From: Fodinicurvata sediminis DSM 21159
GTDB lineage: Bacteria > Pseudomonadota > Alphaproteobacteria > Kiloniellales > DSM-21159
Assembly (NCBI RefSeq): GCF_000420625.1
Contig: NZ_ATVH01000014.1
Coordinates: 470,348-534,347 of the forward strand
Direction: 5' to 3'
Length of the DNA stretch: 64,000 nucleotides
Below are positions 58,962 through 64,000 of this stretch, piece by piece (within the stretch, counting starts at the first letter, position 1; every line of letters begins with the position of its first letter). The translations under genes and the position numbers were made by a program. Under the pieces are notes generated by a model. The model ran no database searches and was not told the DNA's origin. It was given only the letters and a program-made list of their open reading frames with translations.

Positions 58962-60257
58962 TCAGGCGCGCCCGCGCAGCATGGCCAGATAGGCGCCCTT
59001 CAGCCCCTTTTCCTCGATCAGCCAGGAGACCCAGCGCTCTTCCAGAGGCTCGATGAAAGGGAAGGACTGGATCAGGTTGCCTTCGTAATCGAACTCGATC
59101 AGCATGGCCGTGCCATAGGCCGTCACCATCGGGCAGGAGGTATAGCCGTTGTAGGCCGCCACCGGCTCCTCGCCCCGTGTTTCCGCCACGAAGTTGTCGG
59201 CCACTACCGGGACCTGCCACTTCACGCTGGCCGCCGTCTTGCCGCGCGGCACGCCGGCCACATCCCCCAGGGCGAAGACATTGGGATAGCGAGGATGGCG
59301 CAGGGTTTCCCGATCTGCCTCGATCCAGCCGTCGGCCGCAAGCGGCCCTTCTTGCCATGGCAGAGGGCTGTTGCGCACAGGGTCGGGCGCGCGCATCGGC
59401 GGGACCACATGGATGAAGTCATAATCCAGGACAACCTCGCCCTCCACGGTTTCGTAGACGGCCTGCCGTCGGCCGGGTTCCAAGGCTTTCAGGACATGTC
59501 CATAATTCACCTGCACATCACGCGCGGCGAAAAGCTCCTCCACCTTGTCATTGACGGGCGGGATGGCGAAAAGGCTATCGTTGTGGGCGTTATAGACCAG
59601 TTCCACGTTGCCCCGACGCCCCTGGCGCCGCGCCTTGTCCTCGGTGATGAAGGTCATCTTCAGCGGCGCGCCGGCACACTTGATTTCCGTGGCCGAACGT
59701 CCGAAGAGGCCCGTCCCGCCACTTTCAAGGAAACGATCCATTGCTGCCGATGAAGCTGCCGCAGCCTCCGGACCGGCATAGACACTGGCGATGCCCTCCT
59801 TGCCGATCAGCGAGGTCTCCATCCCTTCGATCGCAGCATAATCCAGCTTCAGTCCGGTCGTTACGAAGAGATAATCATAGTCCAGCCGCTGACCGCCACT
59901 GGTGGTGATGCTGTTGGACTCGGGATCGAATTCGGCGACCGCCTCTTCGACCCACTCCACATCCCGCGGCATGTACTCGGCATTACTTTCAGTCACATCC
60001 CCGGGCTGCCAGAGGCCAGCCATGATCAAGGTGAAGCCCGGCTGGAAATGGTGTTCGCGCTTGGCATCAACGATCGTGATCCGCGCCTTGCCCATGCTGC
60101 GGCGCAGCCTGCTGGCAAGGGACAGGCCGGCCGCCCCGGCTCCCGCAATCACGATCTTGACCGCTGCATCCGATGTCTGCGCCACTGTTCCCGGCACCCT
60201 CAGCGACAATGCTGCGAGCGCTGATGAACTGCCCAGCAGGAAAGTTCTACGGTTCAC
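58962..60257 (-). CDS. Tat-exported FAD-dependent sulfide dehydrogenase / sulfide:quinone oxidoreductase-family flavoprotein
   Basis: GTG start; Tat signal MNRRTFLLGSSSALAALS; FAD motif KIVIAGAGAAGLSLA; second nucleotide-binding segment ALGDVAG; 431 aa. Confidence 0.7.
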   Translation of the reverse strand: MNRRTFLLGSSSALAALSLRVPGTVAQTSDAAVKIVIAGAGAAGLSLASRLRRSMGKARITIVDAKREHHFQPGFTLIMAGLWQPGDVTESNAEYMPRDVEWVEEAVAEFDPESNSITTSGGQRLDYDYLFVTTGLKLDYAAIEGMETSLIGKEGIASVYAGPEAAAASSAAMDRFLESGGTGLFGRSATEIKCAGAPLKMTFITEDKARRQGRRGNVELVYNAHNDSLFAIPPVNDKVEELFAARDVQVNYGHVLKALEPGRRQAVYETVEGEVVLDYDFIHVVPPMRAPDPVRNSPLPWQEGPLAADGWIEADRETLRHPRYPNVFALGDVAGVPRGKTAASVKWQVPVVADNFVAETRGEEPVAAYNGYTSCPMVTAYGTAMLIEFDYEGNLIQSFPFIEPLEERWVSWLIEEKGLKGAYLAMLRGRA

Positions 60258-60286
60258 GGCAGTCCCACCCTTTCCAAGGCCATAAT

Positions 60287-60314
60287 TTACACTGATTCAG
60301 TGTAACTTACACTA
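60287..60314. promoter_or_regulatory. palindromic candidate operator TTACACTGA-T-TCAGTGTAA plus a third TTACACT copy, ~30-55 bp upstream of the SQR-like gene start
   Basis: A perfect 9-1-9 inverted repeat read directly, followed by ...cTTACACTag. Confidence 0.4.
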
Positions 60315-60435
60315 GCCAGTAAAAAGGAGAATTGCTCTGCGCGAATTGTCACGTGTTCAAGGGCCATGGACCGTCCTGTCAGAAGGCCGCCTGCCCTGCC
60401 TTGGACAGGGCAGGCCCTTGCAAAGGACTCAAATC

Positions 60436-60557
60436 TATTGCGTTTCTTCCTCGGCTTTCTTCTTGGCGGCATCCTCCATCAACTCGAACCACATCGCGTT
60501 GAGGATGGCAAAGGCCGCAGCCAACGGAAGTCCCAGCAACCAGGCAAAATACCACAT
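60436..60557 (-). CDS. cydX: cytochrome bd oxidase small subunit CydX (40 aa)
   Basis: Own translation MWYFAWLLGLPLAAAFAILNAMWFELMEDAAKKKAEEETQ*. N-terminus MWYFAW matches E. coli CydX MWYFAWILG. Lies directly downstream of cydB. Absent from the ORF track because it is short. Confidence 0.7.
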
Positions 60558-60578
60558 TCTATGCTCCTTCCTGCGGCG

Positions 60579-61733
60579 TCAGTAGGAATGACTGCTTTCG
60601 TCTCGTATCTCCTCCTCATCGATCTTGCCCCACAGGACCTTGTAGACCCAGCTTGTGTAGAGCGCGATCAGCGGCAGGAAGATGGCGGTCGAAACCAGCA
60701 TGATGAACAGGGTCAGGTGGCTAGAGGAGGAGTCCCATACCGTCAGACTGGCGTCCGGCTGAATCGAGGACGGCAGAATGAAGGGAAACATCGACAGTCC
60801 GACCGTCGAGATGATGCCGAAAATCGACAGCTTACTGAGCAGCAGGGTTAGGACTTCACGCCCGCCACGCATTGCCAGCAGGGCGCCGAAAGCGCCCAGG
60901 AAACCGAACAGTGGAGCAAGCATCGTCCAGGGATGTTCGCCATAGTTCGCAAACCAGGCGCCTCCATCACGCACCACCTCGGACCTCAGTGGATTGGACG
61001 GGCCCGTCATCTCGGGCGCGGACACGAAGCGATAACCGTCGACGCCCAACCAAAGTGCGATTCCCCCCAACGCAAACAGCAGTATCGTCAAGATGGCCGA
61101 GATGCTGCCGAACCGCAGGGAACGCTCCGCCACCCTGCCACTGGTCTTGAGGACGAGCCAGGCGGCCCCGTGCATCACCAGCATGGCCACCGACAGCAGC
61201 CCGCAGAGCAGCGCAAAGGGATTGAGCAGCGCGAGGAAACTGCCCTCGTAGAAAATGCGCAGATCCGCATCCAGTCGGAAGGGCACACCCTGCAGAACGT
61301 TCCCGACAGCAACCCCGAAGATCAGCGCGGGCACGAAACCGCCTATGAACAGGGCCCAGTCCCAGCTGCTGCGCCAGGTCGGGTCTTCCAGTTTCGAGCG
61401 ATACTTGAAACCCACCGGACGTAGTATCAGGGCGGCCAGGATGGCGAACATCGCAAGATAGAAGCCCGAGAAGGAAACTGCATAAAGCTGTGGCCAGGCG
61501 GCGAAGATCGCGCCGCCGCCCAGGATCAGCCAGACCTGGTTGCCTTCCCACACGGGACCGATGGTGTTGATGGCAACCCGCCGCTCGACATCGCTGCGCG
61601 CCACAAAGGGAAGAAGTGCACCGACACCCAGGTCGAAACCGTCGGTAACCGCGAAGCCGATCAGCAACACGCCCAGCAGCAGCCACCAGATCACGCGCAA
61701 GGTTTCGTAGTCGATCAATTCATGCAGGATCAT
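60579..61733 (-). CDS. cydB: cytochrome bd ubiquinol oxidase subunit II
   Basis: 384 aa multi-TM, MILHELIDYETLRVIWWLLLGVLLIGFAVTDGFDLGVG... is a typical CydB. Confidence 0.95.
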   Translation of the reverse strand: MILHELIDYETLRVIWWLLLGVLLIGFAVTDGFDLGVGALLPFVARSDVERRVAINTIGPVWEGNQVWLILGGGAIFAAWPQLYAVSFSGFYLAMFAILAALILRPVGFKYRSKLEDPTWRSSWDWALFIGGFVPALIFGVAVGNVLQGVPFRLDADLRIFYEGSFLALLNPFALLCGLLSVAMLVMHGAAWLVLKTSGRVAERSLRFGSISAILTILLFALGGIALWLGVDGYRFVSAPEMTGPSNPLRSEVVRDGGAWFANYGEHPWTMLAPLFGFLGAFGALLAMRGGREVLTLLLSKLSIFGIISTVGLSMFPFILPSSIQPDASLTVWDSSSSHLTLFIMLVSTAIFLPLIALYTSWVYKVLWGKIDEEEIRDESSHSY

Positions 61734-61738
61734 GGCTC

Positions 61739-63316
61739 TTACTCCGCCGGTACAATACGGGAGGAAATCAGTTCAGCTTCAGGCGCATCGTCGGGATCCG
61801 GTCCCTTGCGAATGGCCCGGAGCATCAATCCCATCTCGATCACGATCAAAACCGTGTAGATCAGCACGAAACCGATGATCGTCATCAGCACGGTCGAAGC
61901 CCCAAGGCTGGACACCGCCGCGGCCGTCGGAAGGATGCCCTCGATAATCCAGGGCTGGCGGCCGAACTCGGCCACGATCCACCCCAGCTCGGCTGCAATC
62001 CAGGGCAGGGGAATGGCGAAAACGGCCACGCGCAGCAGGAAAGGGTACTTGTCCAGGGCCCGCCGCGCCGAGAGCACGAAGAAGGTGCCCGTCAGCAGGA
62101 TGAAGAAGAAGCCCAGTCCCACCATGATCCGGAACGACCAGAAAAGCGTCGGCACGTGCGGAACGGTATCCCAGGCCGCCGCCTCGATCTGTTCCTCCGA
62201 GGCTTCCCGCGGATCATCCAGATAACGCTGCAGCAGCAGGGCATATCCCATGTTGGCGCCGTTCTCCTCAAAAGCCTGGCGCACATCCTCGGGCACGTTC
62301 TCGCTGCTGCCGGCGGCGCGGATATCCAGCAACGCCTCATAACCGCGAATGCCGCTGCGGATACGCTCCTCAGCTCCCTCGACCAGGTTCTCAATGCCCG
62401 GTATCTCGGAAGTCAACGAGCGTGTCCCGATCAGGCCCATGACCCAGGGGATCTTGACGGCGAAGTGTGTCTCGCGCGCTTCCTGGTCGGGGAAGCCGAT
62501 CACGGTGAAGGCCGCCGGAGCCGGCTCGGTTTCCCACATACCTTCCATGGCCGCGAGCTTCATCTTCTGATGTTCGGTCGAGAGATAGCCGCTTTCATCG
62601 CCGAGCACGACCACCGACAGCGAGGCGGCAAGGCCGAAGGAGGCAGCCACTGTCATCGAGCGCTTGGCCAGATCGGTATGGCGCCCCTTTAGAAGGTACC
62701 AGGCCGAAACACCCAGAACGAAGACCGATGCCGTCACATAGCCTGCGGAAACGGTATGCACGAACTTCGCTTGCGCCACGGGATTGAAGAGCACATCAAA
62801 GAAGTTCGTGACTTCCATGCGCATGGTTTCCGGGTTGAAAGTCGAGCCGATCGGGTTCTGCATCCAGCCGTTGGCGATCAAAATCCACAGCGCCGAGAAG
62901 TTCGAACCCAAGGCGACGGCCCAGGTCGTGGCCAGGTGGCCGACCTTGGACAGCTTGTCCCAGCCGAAGAAGAAAAGGCCGACAAAGGTGGCTTCCAGGA
63001 AGAAGGCCATCAGACCTTCGATCGCCAGAGGTGCCCCGAATATGTCGCCGACATAATGGCTGTAATAGCTCCAGTTCATCCCGAACTGGAACTCCATGAC
63101 GATTCCCGTGGCCACCCCCAGAACGAAGTTGATGCCGAACAGCACGCCCCAGAACTTGGTCATCTGCCGCCAGATCTGACGGCCGGTCATGACATAGACC
63201 GTTTCCATGATGGCCAGCAGCATGGACAGACCAAGTGTCAGCGGAACGAACAGGAAGTGATACAAGGCTGTTATCGCGAACTGCAGACGCGACAGCGAAA
63301 CGATATCAAGTTCCAT
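61739..63316 (-). CDS. cydA: cytochrome bd ubiquinol oxidase subunit I
   Basis: 525 aa, MELDIVSLSRLQFAITALYHFLFVPLTLGLS... with the Q-loop and haem ligand region. Confidence 0.95.
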   Translation of the reverse strand: MELDIVSLSRLQFAITALYHFLFVPLTLGLSMLLAIMETVYVMTGRQIWRQMTKFWGVLFGINFVLGVATGIVMEFQFGMNWSYYSHYVGDIFGAPLAIEGLMAFFLEATFVGLFFFGWDKLSKVGHLATTWAVALGSNFSALWILIANGWMQNPIGSTFNPETMRMEVTNFFDVLFNPVAQAKFVHTVSAGYVTASVFVLGVSAWYLLKGRHTDLAKRSMTVAASFGLAASLSVVVLGDESGYLSTEHQKMKLAAMEGMWETEPAPAAFTVIGFPDQEARETHFAVKIPWVMGLIGTRSLTSEIPGIENLVEGAEERIRSGIRGYEALLDIRAAGSSENVPEDVRQAFEENGANMGYALLLQRYLDDPREASEEQIEAAAWDTVPHVPTLFWSFRIMVGLGFFFILLTGTFFVLSARRALDKYPFLLRVAVFAIPLPWIAAELGWIVAEFGRQPWIIEGILPTAAAVSSLGASTVLMTIIGFVLIYTVLIVIEMGLMLRAIRKGPDPDDAPEAELISSRIVPAE

Positions 63317-63400
63317 TTTCTACCCCTGGCCCTCTCAGGCCTCCTTCAGTTTTGCCCCGACAGGAAATTCAGTCGGAAGGGGCAAGATCGGCAAGCGGCC

Positions 63401-64000
63401 TCAGTCAGGTCGCAAACCACCCAGTATTGATGCAAAGGCTTCCGTACCTCGTTCCGCCGAGGCAACAATGCGGCCCGCATCCAGGACAAAGAGACGATCC
63501 GCCAGCTCGGCTTCACGCTTGATGTGCGTAGCGATCACAAGGCTTCGGCCTTCCGCACATTTTCGAATCCGACCCAGAACATCCCGCGCAATCTCGCCAT
63601 CGAGGCCCTGGGTCGGCTCATCGAGCAGCCAGATGGGCGAGTCGCGAAGCAGGAGACGTGCCAGCGCCAGGCGCCGCGCCTGCCCGCCCGAAAGACCGGA
63701 ACCACCTTCGCCCAGGGCTGTATCCAGCCCGTATCCGAACAACCTGTCACGCGCGTCCAACCCGGACATCGCCAGCACCTGATTCAGACAGTCGTCATTG
63801 GCATCCGGTCTGGCAAGGCGCAGATTGTCGCGCAGGCTGCCCCGAAACAGCTCGGTTCGCTGGGGCAGCAAACAGGTCTCGCGCGTTTCGACCTGTCCTT
63901 CACTTGGGCGAAGCTCACCAGCAAGGGCGCCGAGCAGGGTCGACTTCCCGGAACCGCTCGTGCCCACAAGTGCCACATGCTCTCCAGGGCTCACCTCCAG
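63401..64000 (-). CDS. cydC: thiol-reductant ABC exporter subunit CydC (C-terminal ATPase part; 5' end beyond window)
   Basis: Walker A GTSGSGKST, signature LSGGQARRLALA, Walker B IWLLDEPTQGLD. The frame stays open to the window edge. Taken as CydC because it is the ABC gene directly upstream of cydA. Confidence 0.75.
   Translation of the reverse strand: MEVSPGEHVALVGTSGSGKSTLLGALAGELRPSEGQVETRETCLLPQRTELFRGSLRDNLRLARPDANDDCLNQVLAMSGLDARDRLFGYGLDTALGEGGSGLSGGQARRLALARLLLRDSPIWLLDEPTQGLDGEIARDVLGRIRKCAEGRSLVIATHIKREAELADRLFVLDAGRIVASAERGTEAFASILGGLRPD

Noticed and set aside
60383-60420. GC-rich inverted repeat gcctgccctg...cagggcaggc downstream of cydX as an intrinsic terminator
   Set aside because: Hairpin is present but there is no U-tract on the transcribed (minus) strand, so at best it is a weak or rho-dependent stop. 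Not called as a terminator.

Overview
High-GC, alphaproteobacterial-type chromosomal window. The first ~17 kb is conserved housekeeping backbone, all read directly from the translations: sucC (5' part), mdh, a membrane fatty-acid desaturase plus a zinc-ribbon/zincin metallopeptidase pair, the ethylmalonyl-CoA-pathway pair mch + CitE-like malyl-CoA lyase/thioesterase, pdxY, asd, a LysM/YkuD L,D-transpeptidase, a PPOX-family flavoprotein, leuC-leuD-leuB, an SLT lytic transglycosylase, an N-formylglutamate-amidohydrolase-family gene, the single-domain response regulator cpdR and a tRNA-Val(GAC). Immediately 3' of the tRNA the character changes. There is a visibly AT-richer stretch with tandem short repeats, an SDR epimerase, a decayed IS5-family transposase remnant with a perfect 32-bp palindrome and a YagU-like membrane protein. 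Then follows a ~38 kb hybrid NRPS-PKS biosynthetic gene cluster, which is the major accessory system in the window. Its assembly line is three minus-strand, translationally coupled genes: C-T-KS-AT-ACP (1626 aa), then a 5177-aa C-A-T-C-A-T-KS-(DH-like)-KR-ACP-ACP-C-A-T-C megasynthetase, then a terminal A(MT)-T-TE. Cluster accessory genes are a type II thioesterase, two SyrD/PvdE-like peptide-export ABC transporters, a DpaL-like PLP enzyme, an orphan TAXI binding protein, an MFS transporter fused to an N-terminal sensor-like domain with an overlapping 2-TM partner, a DUF697/small-TM/SPFH(band 7)/DUF697 module and an Sfp-type PPTase. The assembly line is architecturally unusual. It has a loading subunit with a C domain and carrier but no A domain, an AT-less KS module with a probably degenerate DH embedded in the NRPS megaprotein, an a2-a3-interrupted A domain carrying a methyltransferase, and a split terminal module. 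The window ends with a Tat-exported SQR/FCSD-like flavoprotein with a palindromic upstream site and a cydC-cydA-cydB-cydX operon, cydX being an easily missed 40-aa gene. An orphan sigma70-like promoter plus intrinsic terminator between slt and the amidohydrolase gene suggests a ~100-nt sRNA. No CRISPR array or rRNA is present. Hand-derived coordinates, meaning those not taken from the ORF track, may be off by a nucleotide or so.
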